DNA of 63,018 nucleotides. It comes from a virus. Its lineage: Duplodnaviria; Caudoviricetes. The stretch is from positions 1 through 63,018 of IMG/VR virus record IMGVR_UViG_3300007541_000022; one strand, written 5' to 3'. Below the pieces are notes generated by a model, which saw nothing but the letters and a program-made list of their open reading frames with translations, was not told where the DNA came from and ran no database searches. The position numbers and the translations under genes are program-made. Below are positions 9,920 through 19,438 of the stretch, in pieces. Numbering within the stretch: the stretch's first letter is position 1; each line of letters starts with the position of its first letter.

Positions 9920-12900
9920 TTAATTAAAACTTACTTTACCGTTAAACGTTTTATTATCTCCGACATTAACACCTTTATATAAGTTAGTAAAGAAACCTAC
10001 TTTGTCAGCATTATTTAAATCTTTAGGTACTTTAAGATAATTAAATATTCTCTCCTTACCCTCAGTAAATGGTATATATGAATCAAACTTACTAACCTCA
10101 GGTTTTTGTTTAAACTTAGTTAGTTTATTTTTAGACTTAATACTAACATTTTGATAAACCTCTTTTAAACCAACAACAGCAGGTACTTCAGGAATTATAA
10201 CATTATTACCATATCCCTCAGTTCCTAAGATTAGTGGCATCGAGAATTCTGGTGTTCCTGGAGTTCCAAAAACAATTTTGTTAACATATCCAACCCACTC
10301 AGGTTTTGATTTTAATGACTCCCCTAAAATATCATCAACAAATTTCTGTGGATTGTTTCCAATTTCATTATAACATGTTTGCATTAATCTAATGTAGGCT
10401 TTATCGGATTTATATGGTTCATCTAAAATTGTAAAACTGTAATTTTCATCATATTGTTTTTTTATAAATTCACTACTTTGTCCGAGCATAGCATCATAAA
10501 ATTTTTGTAAATCGTCCCCAACTTTAGTTATGTCATTAACCATTTCAACATATGTGTTAGGAGGTGTTGGATTTTTAGATGATACGTCAACATCAGTTGT
10601 TCCTGATAAATCTAATAATATATTTGTACCGTTATTTAACTGATATCCATCAGTATTAGTTAAAACAAAATTAAGTTTATCTATATTACTAATTAATGCC
10701 AACTGATTGTCGGTTATTTTACCTAATATTCCCGTAAAACCGTTTAAATAGGTTTCTTTTATTGTGTTAATTTTTTGAGTTATATTACTCTTGTATTTTG
10801 TAATATCAGTAGATACAAAGTTATTATTATCAATATTTTTTAATAAAGGTGATGAATTATCGTCAACATCTACTAAAGTTTGGTCAAACAATAGTTGAAT
10901 TCTTTGTTGGATAACATCTTCTTTTGGTTTACCGAATAAATTAATATCAAGTGTTGCACCAGTATAATATGTTGGTGCCCCATAGTATCCAAGAATTTTA
11001 CCATCAGTATAATTTCTGTCTGATGTAAAATACACCAACCCATCATATGAATATTGATTTGATATTTCGGTTAATGAGTTAATAACACTTTGAGTATATT
11101 CTTGAGATAGTCCTATTATTTCATCAGTAACAGTTTTAAATGATGTCGTACCTGATAGGGTAGTTTGTGTAGAGCCCGGATAAGTTACAAAATCTTTTTG
11201 GTCTGTTTCCGTACCAATAGTATTACCAATACCTGGTAAATCTTCTTGTGTGGTTCTATTATTAACACCAAACTGAGTAGTTGTTTCAATTTGTTCCCAA
11301 ATTTCTCTATTAAGTTCTTCTCTTTGTTCAGTAACTACTGACCTATCATCATACACTTCAGTATTAGCATAATAGTTAAATGATAACGCATTTTGTAATC
11401 TATTAACTGGCTCTTTCAATCCTTGTCCACCAATAAAATAAAAAGACATATTAATATCCGCCAACATCGGCTGTACACCAATACCTTCAGGATTTAAATC
11501 AAATGTTAATGGTTCGTATGTTATACTAATTTGATTTATCGCAATCTTAGTATGATAAAAATCACCAATTCTTAAAATACAAATAGGTGGAGCCCCAAAA
11601 GATGTGTTTTTAGCATTAAACTCTGTTGGTCTTCCATCGTCACCAATAACAGGAATAGTATCACCAGGTCTAATACATTGTTGTAAAAACGTTAATCTTG
11701 AGTTTAAACCTTCAGGTGTTATTGAATGGAATGCAGGTTGGAAATATTTAATTTTTTCTTTTATCCCATTATATACCATCGGTGATGACTCTTTCATTAA
11801 ATCAAAATAATCACATTCGGTAAGTAATTTTCTTACTATTATTTTTGCAACTTCTTCTTTTTGTTTTGCGTTTTTTTCAGGTTTTTTAGTAATAGGTATT
11901 GGTTCATTATTAGTGTCGGGGTCACTAGATGTTGTTGGTGGTTCTTCATCAATATCTTCAACAGGAGGAATTTCAATTGGAGGTGCAGTTTCTGTTAATT
12001 TACTTATTCTAACTCTTCTACATTTCATTGCATTGGTAGAATAAATTTTGTCATTACCGGTTAAATCTTCAGTACAATTAACTCCCTCAATATCAATTTG
12101 TTCACCTCTTGGGTCTTGCACTATATTTAATTTACCTTCATCGACCCAGTCTTGTAATTTCTTATCGTTTGCATCTTTTAATGTTAGTAAATATTTTTTA
12201 ACACTATCAATTCTTCTCTTAGATAAAGCGGTGTTGTACACAACACTGTTAGGTGCAGATGCGGAACCTTGTAAATTTATAGAAATGGTTGCACCCGCAT
12301 TTAACGCCTCACTTAGTTTAGAAACTAAATTATTAATATTGGCCTCGGCAGTTTTAATATTATCATTAAAGAATTGGGTAACATCGTTTGGTTTTGACGC
12401 ATTTTGTTTATATTCATTTTCTAATGCCAAATATCCTAATAATGTTGTATAATAATCTTGAGTTGCGCCAGTATCAGTTGAAGTTCTTGGGCCAGGAACA
12501 TCGTTATGAAAATAAAATGCAAATTCATAATCAGTTTCCTCAACCTTCTTTTGATATTCTTCAACTGTAGGTTGTTCATCTCCAGGTTCTTGAGTATCAA
12601 TAATATTAAAGTTTTCTTTAACAATTTCAGCTTCAGGGTATTTTGTAATAATTTCATAAATGTCCTGATAAGTAAATTGAGGGAATCTTAATGCCAATTC
12701 ATATATGTCGTACTTTCTACATCCTGCGAAGAAACTATCTACAATACCTGTGACTTTATTGTTATCGCTTTCTTTAGCCAATTCTTTATCGACAATCGCG
12801 TTAAGTATTGATGGGTGGTCAACAACAATTTTCCAAGATAAACTACCTTGTCTTGTTGTATTATTATATGTATAAATTGGTTCTGGTCTACCTAAAAACT

Positions 12901-14734
12901 CGTTAGAGTTCCAGTTAGCACTATTGGTTTCACTCACCTTCATATCATAAGGTGGGAACCACATAATACGTCCTCCGTTTGGTCCTCTCTCACAATGTGG
13001 TAAGTCTTGATAGGTAAATCCTTTCTTTCTTGATGTTCTCCACGCTAAATTTTCTAATGAGAACATATATTTTTTAACACCTTCACTACTAAAGTCGTTA
13101 CCCGTTAAATTAGTGGTACTTTCACCTCTAATAGGTGCAATATTTAGGTTATATGTATTATCTAACACTGAGTATGAAAATCTTCTACCTGATGTTGTAA
13201 TACCATCACCTTTTTGTAAGTCAGCCATAGAATAGTATGGAGTATCCTTAGTAAACACTCTACAATATTCTTCACCTACAATTTGTCCATCTTTATCTTT
13301 ATACGCAATAACTCTAGAACCCTTTGTGAGTTCTCTAACACCATCATGAAAAACTTTAGATACTTGGTCAATAGCGTTACCAACGTGTTGTAATTTTTTA
13401 ACTCCCGTTACTTCGTCTGCAGCGTTAATTAATTTCTGAGTATTATCTAATATTGACCCTTGAGTAAATTCGTAGGCCGCGGTTCCGTCAACAGATTGGT
13501 TAGCAACAAAAGTATTTTGAATTCCTTGTTCGTTCCAATCCCCATCGATATTACCATAAAACTCGGCACCTCTACCAACTTTTTGTCCTGCACGGTCTTT
13601 GTATTTTGGTGATACCCATGTAAAACCACCCTGAACACCTCCACCATCATATGTTGAATTTTGATTTAGACCAAACTTAAAAATGTTGTCTTTTTTCTCA
13701 TTCTCATATATTTTAGCAATCTCGTCATAACCAAAAACAGGTGTTTGTGTTTTATTACCATCTTGGTCTAACGGTAATGAATCTTGTGGGGCTACAATGT
13801 CTTTTAATTCTTGTTGTGAACTACCAACATAATAGTTTTGTGGAGGGACATCCGTAAATAAGTCGGTTAAGAAATTTTTATTATAATCTGGAACATATCT
13901 ATTTAACGCTAATCCTTTAAATAATCTAGACCTTTGACCTCCACCTGTATTATCCAAGAATGTTTGCATTCCTGTTTTTTCTGTTGGTAATTTTAAAACT
14001 CCTCGTTTGTCAAATAATCCCGTAATGGCATTTGCTGCCTGATTTAATAATAATTTTCTAGGTTCACTACTAAAATAATCACCAGGTATCCACGAATAAG
14101 GACTATAAACCCCTGTTATTCTACTGATGAAATCTAAACCTTTACCAAGAATATTTTTAGGAACTGATATTTTCCAATCTCTTTCTATTATTGAATTGTT
14201 ACCTGTAACAATTCCTAACAAATCATAAGGGTCTTTTAATGCATCAATAGCATTTACCCTACCTATTGTTTGTTGGTAAGTTTCCTGAGCAATTCGATAT
14301 TCAAATTCCGCTTTTAATGATTCTGCTGCGATTCGTGCCAAATCAGAGTCCTGAGACAATGAACCATTATCCCCTTGAGGGTTATTACTTGTTAATATAC
14401 TTAGAGAATTGTAAGTTGATGCAATAAATGTATAATAAGATTCTTTACCTACGAGACCTGTTGCATTTTGATTTACAACATCATCTACAGATATGGGAAA
14501 CCCATATCCACCTTCAGGTCCATAAATGTTTTTAATATACGCGTTTTTTGATTCGTCTTCACCTATAATTTCAACCTCAGCGGAGTCAATAACCGTTTGG
14601 TCATTAATATTGAATTCAGTCTCTCCGGGATAACTATTTGGTACAAACCCATCGCTATTATATGGCGGTAGGTTTTTTACCAGCAGTTTCTTTCTGAAAT
14701 TTTCTGTAGAATCAAATGATAGTGGACTTGGCAT
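9920..14734 (-). CDS. Large baseplate/tube-initiator-like protein with internal OmpA-C-like domain
   Basis: FLGRPEPIYTYNNTTR and APPICILRIGDFY..KI.I..I.I.Y gp48/gp54-like segments flank INLQGSAS...YNTALSKRRIDSVKKYL...CRRVRI (OmpA-like). Confidence 0.65.
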   Translation of the reverse strand: MPSPLSFDSTENFRKKLLVKNLPPYNSDGFVPNSYPGETEFNINDQTVIDSAEVEIIGEDESKNAYIKNIYGPEGGYGFPISVDDVVNQNATGLVGKESYYTFIASTYNSLSILTSNNPQGDNGSLSQDSDLARIAAESLKAEFEYRIAQETYQQTIGRVNAIDALKDPYDLLGIVTGNNSIIERDWKISVPKNILGKGLDFISRITGVYSPYSWIPGDYFSSEPRKLLLNQAANAITGLFDKRGVLKLPTEKTGMQTFLDNTGGGQRSRLFKGLALNRYVPDYNKNFLTDLFTDVPPQNYYVGSSQQELKDIVAPQDSLPLDQDGNKTQTPVFGYDEIAKIYENEKKDNIFKFGLNQNSTYDGGGVQGGFTWVSPKYKDRAGQKVGRGAEFYGNIDGDWNEQGIQNTFVANQSVDGTAAYEFTQGSILDNTQKLINAADEVTGVKKLQHVGNAIDQVSKVFHDGVRELTKGSRVIAYKDKDGQIVGEEYCRVFTKDTPYYSMADLQKGDGITTSGRRFSYSVLDNTYNLNIAPIRGESTTNLTGNDFSSEGVKKYMFSLENLAWRTSRKKGFTYQDLPHCERGPNGGRIMWFPPYDMKVSETNSANWNSNEFLGRPEPIYTYNNTTRQGSLSWKIVVDHPSILNAIVDKELAKESDNNKVTGIVDSFFAGCRKYDIYELALRFPQFTYQDIYEIITKYPEAEIVKENFNIIDTQEPGDEQPTVEEYQKKVEETDYEFAFYFHNDVPGPRTSTDTGATQDYYTTLLGYLALENEYKQNASKPNDVTQFFNDNIKTAEANINNLVSKLSEALNAGATISINLQGSASAPNSVVYNTALSKRRIDSVKKYLLTLKDANDKKLQDWVDEGKLNIVQDPRGEQIDIEGVNCTEDLTGNDKIYSTNAMKCRRVRISKLTETAPPIEIPPVEDIDEEPPTTSSDPDTNNEPIPITKKPEKNAKQKEEVAKIIVRKLLTECDYFDLMKESSPMVYNGIKEKIKYFQPAFHSITPEGLNSRLTFLQQCIRPGDTIPVIGDDGRPTEFNAKNTSFGAPPICILRIGDFYHTKIAINQISITYEPLTFDLNPEGIGVQPMLADINMSFYFIGGQGLKEPVNRLQNALSFNYYANTEVYDDRSVVTEQREELNREIWEQIETTTQFGVNNRTTQEDLPGIGNTIGTETDQKDFVTYPGSTQTTLSGTTSFKTVTDEIIGLSQEYTQSVINSLTEISNQYSYDGLVYFTSDRNYTDGKILGYYGAPTYYTGATLDINLFGKPKEDVIQQRIQLLFDQTLVDVDDNSSPLLKNIDNNNFVSTDITKYKSNITQKINTIKETYLNGFTGILGKITDNQLALISNIDKLNFVLTNTDGYQLNNGTNILLDLSGTTDVDVSSKNPTPPNTYVEMVNDITKVGDDLQKFYDAMLGQSSEFIKKQYDENYSFTILDEPYKSDKAYIRLMQTCYNEIGNNPQKFVDDILGESLKSKPEWVGYVNKIVFGTPGTPEFSMPLILGTEGYGNNVIIPEVPAVVGLKEVYQNVSIKSKNKLTKFKQKPEVSKFDSYIPFTEGKERIFNYLKVPKDLNNADKVGFFTNLYKGVNVGDNKTFNGKVSFN

Positions 14735-14801
14735 CTATATATAATCTTTTTACATAAATAGATGGTAATATTATTTTCTATTAAGAATAGAGTCTAAAAT
14801 A

Positions 14802-16706
14802 TTACCCATAAACATTAAGACTATTATTAAGTTGACTCTCAATAATTGCCATAGCCTGAGGATTTCTAGTTAATAAATTGGCTAATGCTTCTTGACTTAT
14901 AGTTGAATTAGTAGGTATTCCATCAAGATTTAAATTTACATTTCCACTCACAGTTAATTGTAGTGGTATATTACCCATAGTTGGAGTATATAAACTTGCA
15001 GTAGTTGTATTAACTATAACTTCTCTTTCAGGGGCTGATATTGGTTCAGGTACAACAACATCTCTATTAGGTACAGATGGTGGTTCAGGTACAACAACAT
15101 CTCTATTAGGTACAGATGGTTGTGTAGATGGTGGTTCAGTGGTTGACGACTCAGGGACATCTCTTTGTGGGTTAGTTCGACCAAGTCTATCATTTATATC
15201 GTCCCATGCTCGACCCGCGCTATCCACTATATCACTAAAAAATTTATTAATATTAAAATCTTCTAATTCTTTTTCTATACCATCTAAAAGTTTATCAGTT
15301 GCTTTACTTACGTTACTAAAAAAACCATCTAACTGTTCATCTGTTAATGGTGGAAATTCAAGTTTACCTACCATATCAAATCCCCTTGAAGCGTCGACAT
15401 CATTTTCTAAATAATTCATAGCTCGGTTATTAATCTTATCAAAATTAGTAAGCATCTTTTCAACAGTTTCAACAAATTTACCACTTTGTAATACTTCGGC
15501 TTCCGGAATTGATTCCATGGCATAGGTTCCCATTGCAATTTGTTGTAGATATCCGTTAGCTTCAATAGCTAATTGTTTATCGGATTTATTCATTTCTTTT
15601 TGCATATCATTAAGTTGTTCCATTTGAGTCGCAGTTAACTCTTGAACATTAACCATATCATCTTGTCCAGGTAATTTAATTTTTAATTCTCCACCATCAA
15701 ATTGTGATAAATTCGCAACCATTTCACGATATTCTTCAGGAACATTTTGTATGCCTTGTAATAATTCTAATTTTTGGGTTTTCTTGGCCGAGTTTAACGC
15801 CATTTCAGAAAATTCTTGGTATGAGTATCCTGCTAATTTTGCAGCTTCTCTAAGTCGGTACATTTCAGTCACAGGTATATTAAATTCTCCTGTTTCTTTG
15901 TTAAAGTCCACTGCACCCGCCGCCATATCAACTAAGCTGGTTTGGAGACCCGCCATATCGGTTTGTGCCATATGTAATAATTGGAATGGGTCACCTAAGG
16001 CACCAACGGCACCCCCTAACATTTGAAATCCTGCCGCCACTTCAATCGCTTTATCAGGGTCCATTAACGACTCAGCGAAAGATACAGTTTTACTCATATC
16101 TATTCTTAATGATTGAGCTTGGGCAACCATTTTAGCTAAACCATCAACACCTCCTTTAAAATTGTATGAAGCCAATAATTTAATGTTTTCCCCAACACTC
16201 TTCATAAATTGACCAACATTTAAACCATAACTTCTTGCTTCGCCTTGTAACTCACTTATCTTACTAACAGTATCATCAATACCAATACCTAACGTATCAA
16301 AACCAACAACAAATTTACCCATTTCTTCAGCGGTTAAACCTGCAGTATGTTTAAGTGCCTGCATGGAAATAATTTGGTCTTCGGTTAAAAATCTAGTATT
16401 TTGTAATTGAGTATTGATTGATTGAAATAATTCGAGGTTATCCTTTGTATCCGCCCCAAATTTTAACGTTTCAGTTCGAGCATTAGCAATTGTTTTTTGA
16501 ATTTGATTAGTTATTGCACGTCCTTGTCCAAGTACCGTTCTTGTCATTTTAGCGGTAGCCTCATTAATAAGAGCAGCATCATCAAGTGTCTCTCTTGGAT
16601 TAAGAGACTGTTTTAACGCATTAGTAAATTCTTTAATACCAATATTAGCTAATTTAACATTCTCTAATATTGCTCCCGTGCTTTTTTCTAAATTTTCAAA
16701 AAACAT
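14802..16706 (-). CDS. Tape measure protein
   Basis: Ala/Gln/Gly-rich helical composition; follows tube and chaperone genes and precedes baseplate genes. Confidence 0.7.
   Translation of the reverse strand: MFFENLEKSTGAILENVKLANIGIKEFTNALKQSLNPRETLDDAALINEATAKMTRTVLGQGRAITNQIQKTIANARTETLKFGADTKDNLELFQSINTQLQNTRFLTEDQIISMQALKHTAGLTAEEMGKFVVGFDTLGIGIDDTVSKISELQGEARSYGLNVGQFMKSVGENIKLLASYNFKGGVDGLAKMVAQAQSLRIDMSKTVSFAESLMDPDKAIEVAAGFQMLGGAVGALGDPFQLLHMAQTDMAGLQTSLVDMAAGAVDFNKETGEFNIPVTEMYRLREAAKLAGYSYQEFSEMALNSAKKTQKLELLQGIQNVPEEYREMVANLSQFDGGELKIKLPGQDDMVNVQELTATQMEQLNDMQKEMNKSDKQLAIEANGYLQQIAMGTYAMESIPEAEVLQSGKFVETVEKMLTNFDKINNRAMNYLENDVDASRGFDMVGKLEFPPLTDEQLDGFFSNVSKATDKLLDGIEKELEDFNINKFFSDIVDSAGRAWDDINDRLGRTNPQRDVPESSTTEPPSTQPSVPNRDVVVPEPPSVPNRDVVVPEPISAPEREVIVNTTTASLYTPTMGNIPLQLTVSGNVNLNLDGIPTNSTISQEALANLLTRNPQAMAIIESQLNNSLNVYG
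15042..15119. repeat. Perfect 39-bp tandem duplication (PSVPNRDVVVPEP x2) in tape measure C-terminus
   Basis: TGGTTCAGGTACAACAACATCTCTATTAGGTACAGATGG at 15042-15080 and 15081-15119. Confidence 0.95.
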
Positions 16707-16733
16707 ATTTTACTTTTATCAATAAATATTTAT

Positions 16734-16895
16734 CTATCTGCTTTTATTACGAGCCTTTTCCATTTCCTCTTCTCGTTTAATAAATTCTTCAGATAGTTTA
16801 TTGACAAAATATTTTCTTTCAAAGATTGGCATGTTCATCATATCAGTATATGACATATTAACATGTTTGCTCAGATAATAGAACTCATCGAGCAT
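16734..16895 (-). CDS. Small tail/baseplate assembly chaperone (gp51-like, or frameshift extension of upstream gene)
   Basis: MLDEFYYLSKHVNMSYTDMMNMPIFERKYF resembles the short chaperone ORFs before tape measure genes; frame is open back across the upstream stop. Confidence 0.65.
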   Translation of the reverse strand: MLDEFYYLSKHVNMSYTDMMNMPIFERKYFVNKLSEEFIKREEEMEKARNKSR

Positions 16896-16908
16896 AACTT
16901 TCTTGTAA

Positions 16909-17655
16909 TTAGAAGAAAGGACGAAAAAACTCTGCCCCGAAAGTGATATTAACATTCACTTTTTCTCCTGACGGGGCTGTAACTACTCGACTTAAATCAA
17001 GTTTTGGTTCACAATCTGACATTGTGTTTCTTATAAATTTAGAATCTGCAATTGGTAATGTGTTAACAAATTGAGATATTTGTTCTCTATCCTCATTCCC
17101 ATCTATGGATACGATATGTTTTTCAAGTCTTTTAGTTACTAATGGAACTGTAACATTTGGTGGATATTGGTCTCTTAAATCTGAAAGTTCATTAGTATCT
17201 TTCATAGATAAGAGTCTACAAACAACATTTACCCCTGATTTAGGTAAATTAAATTCAAACAATCCGTTACTATTAGGTTTTATTTTTGGTTGTCTAATAT
17301 CCAGCTCATCTAATAAAATTGTTTGTTCAAATGATTTTTTTGTTTTAGGGTCAATTAAATTAAAAATATAATCGGAACCAAATGCAGTATTACGTAAAAA
17401 AATTAAAATAGCTTCAATATCTCCTTCTAAAAGTTCATCAATATTAAAATCAGGTTCATAAATTTTATTTTTTAATAAAGTTTGAACTAAATTTTGATTA
17501 TTAGTTGATAAAAGGATGTTTTCATCTTGAGCGGTTAAGTATCCAATCTTTAAAGATTTCTTTTTGTTTTTATAAAAAACACCTTGCGAAGGTAGTGGTA
17601 CCACATCGTGTGGTAAATTCATATTCATTTGTCCGTATTGTTGTGCTTGGTCCAT
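16909..17655 (-). CDS. Baseplate hub assembly / tail assembly chaperone, T4 gp26-like
   Basis: VPLPSQG.FY...LTAQDENIL...LLEGDIEAILIFLR and C-terminal FFRPFF; start moved to ATG 17655 because the ORF-track start lies inside a terminator hairpin. Confidence 0.7.
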   Translation of the reverse strand: MDQAQQYGQMNMNLPHDVVPLPSQGVFYKNKKKSLKIGYLTAQDENILLSTNNQNLVQTLLKNKIYEPDFNIDELLEGDIEAILIFLRNTAFGSDYIFNLIDPKTKKSFEQTILLDELDIRQPKIKPNSNGLFEFNLPKSGVNVVCRLLSMKDTNELSDLRDQYPPNVTVPLVTKRLEKHIVSIDGNEDREQISQFVNTLPIADSKFIRNTMSDCEPKLDLSRVVTAPSGEKVNVNITFGAEFFRPFF

Positions 17656-17666
17656 AAGTATTAAAT

Positions 17667-17703
17667 TAAAAAAACCATAGAGATACAATGACCTCTATGG
17701 TTT
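17667..17703 (-). terminator. Intrinsic terminator after tail tube gene
   Basis: AAACCATAGAG...CTCTATGGTTT 11-bp inverted repeat with a T8 run on the minus strand. Confidence 0.75.
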
Positions 17704-17747
17704 AAATATATCATCGATTGATTTTTAATCAATACTATTTTATTTAA

Positions 17748-18236
17748 TTAGTAAACCAAAATACATCTATCAGGACGTAATGTTGCCGAAATTGTAGCAA
17801 GTGCGTCATCACTATATCCTAAACTATCAAAATTAACATCTGTTAAGAATGTTCCTTGGAGAATCCACTTCTCAACCGCAACACCTGTTGGGTCTAACAT
17901 TTCTAAGTCAATGTCTTTTTTGTATCCCGCAGCATAACCCATACGTCCTGTTACAGACTCAGAGTGTAAACGAACCCATTCCATCAACGCTTGAGCGGCT
18001 GAAGGACCAATTGGGTCACGGAAAGTTACGTTTATGGTATTCCAAGTGAATCTACCAGCCACATACGTAGATGTGTTTAAGAAAGGAATTTCTGTCGCCC
18101 CGATTTGGATGTTTGGTCTTGATGTTGACTCAACATACCAAGAATTGATTCCCAATGATGTAGGGAAAGACAAGATAAATCTATTCTTTCTTTTAGGTTC
18201 ATAAGGAACGGGCATTTTCATTAATAAATCAGCCAT
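17748..18236 (-). CDS. Tail tube protein, T4 gp19-like
   Basis: EPKRKNRF, YVAGRFTWNTINVTFRD, GYKKDIDLEMLDPTG..VEKW.L.G.F; size and position typical. Confidence 0.88.
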   Translation of the reverse strand: MADLLMKMPVPYEPKRKNRFILSFPTSLGINSWYVESTSRPNIQIGATEIPFLNTSTYVAGRFTWNTINVTFRDPIGPSAAQALMEWVRLHSESVTGRMGYAAGYKKDIDLEMLDPTGVAVEKWILQGTFLTDVNFDSLGYSDDALATISATLRPDRCILVY

Positions 18237-18359
18237 AATATTTTGGTTTTTTAGTTCTTTGTTTATTCTTTATATAAATATCAACTTAGAAAGTTTTTCT
18301 ATTTACTTTTATTTTTTTTTCAGTAATCTCCTATAGAAGCAATTAAAAACTAGATTTTA

Positions 18360-19211
18360 TTAAATCTCTTTTTTATCTCCTCCTTTTGTTAAATAAGTTT
18401 TTACTGGTTTATCTTCATACTCACTATCTAAAAATGATTTAATCTTTTCAACATTTCCTGGGTCATCATCAGAAAACCCAATCATAGGTATAAAGTTGTT
18501 TTTAACATCGTTTTTAAGAAATGCTTGTTTTCCTAATCTTTCACTCATTTCTTTAACGTAAGAAATAAATTCTCTTAACGCTTTAATTTTTCCTTCTTCA
18601 GGATTTGAAGCCGACCCCTCACCGTATGTTACAGGGTAATATTTATTAAGGTCTAAGTATTCATTAATCATTGAGAATGCTTCTTTTTCCTCGTCCCCCG
18701 ACATATCTCTATATTTTTTCAGGTTATTAATTAATGTGTCTTTACTGATACCATTATGGTCAGTAACAATCATATTATAAATCGCTTCACGAAGAACTGA
18801 AGGTGTATGTCCTCTTGCAGTTATTATTGAAAATATTGACCCACCATTAATTGCTTCTACGAAATCATCCCATGAAGGACCTGGTTTAGACATCATAGAA
18901 TCAATTATAAATGCACTATCTCCTTTAACACCGAAATTTCTATATGGGTCACTAGCATAACCCACTATCATTTTTCCTTTATATTCAAAAGGTTCTTTAC
19001 CAATAAGTCCTCGATAGTCTGCAAAATCTTCGGTAGACATACCAATTTCCTCATCATCTTCAGATAAGACAATAATTTGTGTTGGCATTGTCACAATGTT
19101 ATCATCCCAATCAAAAGCATAATACTTTAAATCAGGTTTTCCTTCAGGGTCAAAACCTTCACGAAGTTTTTTTTCTTCGTAAAACTCTTTTATGATTTTT
19201 CTAATCGACAT
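18360..19211 (-). CDS. HAD-superfamily phosphatase-like protein with N-terminal L-x-E leader
   Basis: Motif I YAFDWDDNI, motif II IITARG, motif III K, motif IV GFSDDD; leader IRKIIKEFYEEKKLRE. Confidence 0.65.
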   Translation of the reverse strand: MSIRKIIKEFYEEKKLREGFDPEGKPDLKYYAFDWDDNIVTMPTQIIVLSEDDEEIGMSTEDFADYRGLIGKEPFEYKGKMIVGYASDPYRNFGVKGDSAFIIDSMMSKPGPSWDDFVEAINGGSIFSIITARGHTPSVLREAIYNMIVTDHNGISKDTLINNLKKYRDMSGDEEKEAFSMINEYLDLNKYYPVTYGEGSASNPEEGKIKALREFISYVKEMSERLGKQAFLKNDVKNNFIPMIGFSDDDPGNVEKIKSFLDSEYEDKPVKTYLTKGGDKKEI

Positions 19212-19213
19212 AA

Positions 19214-19357
19214 TTACTTACGCTCATTTAATTTTTCAATCAATCTTTCTAGTTGTGACTCAGAAATAACAATATTTTGAGGTTTTTCTGAAAAAGATTT
19301 TTTACCGTTAGATTTTCGTCCTAACGATTCATTAAGTACTTTTTTCTTGAATTCCAT
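19214..19357 (-). CDS. 47-aa unannotated protein carrying the IVISESQLERLIE motif
   Basis: Below ORF-track cutoff: MEFKKKVLNESLGRKSNGKKSFSEKPQNIVISESQLERLIEKLNERK; stop abuts next ATG; motif shared with 57731 and 61130 ORFs. Confidence 0.7.
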   Translation of the reverse strand: MEFKKKVLNESLGRKSNGKKSFSEKPQNIVISESQLERLIEKLNERK

Positions 19358-19438
19358 GTTCTTATTTTTAGTTTAAACGTTTAAATGGCTAATGGAGGCC
19401 ACATTTGTGACCTCCAATTTATTATAAATATATAGATA

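Noticed and set aside
15042-15119. 39-bp repeat as mini-CRISPR or DGR template
   Set aside because: Copies are directly adjacent, in frame and identical, with no spacer, adenine-specific variation or reverse transcriptase.
3976-17371. Many 60-135 aa opposite-strand ORFs in the ORF track
   Set aside because: They are antisense shadows of long genes with no recognisable motifs; the same applies to shadows such as 53551-54084.
17656-17688. ORF-track N-terminal extensions (17688, 32749, 33205, 35644, 57870)
   Set aside because: They overlap terminators, promoters or neighbouring genes; downstream ATGs fit paralog alignment and promoter spacing better.
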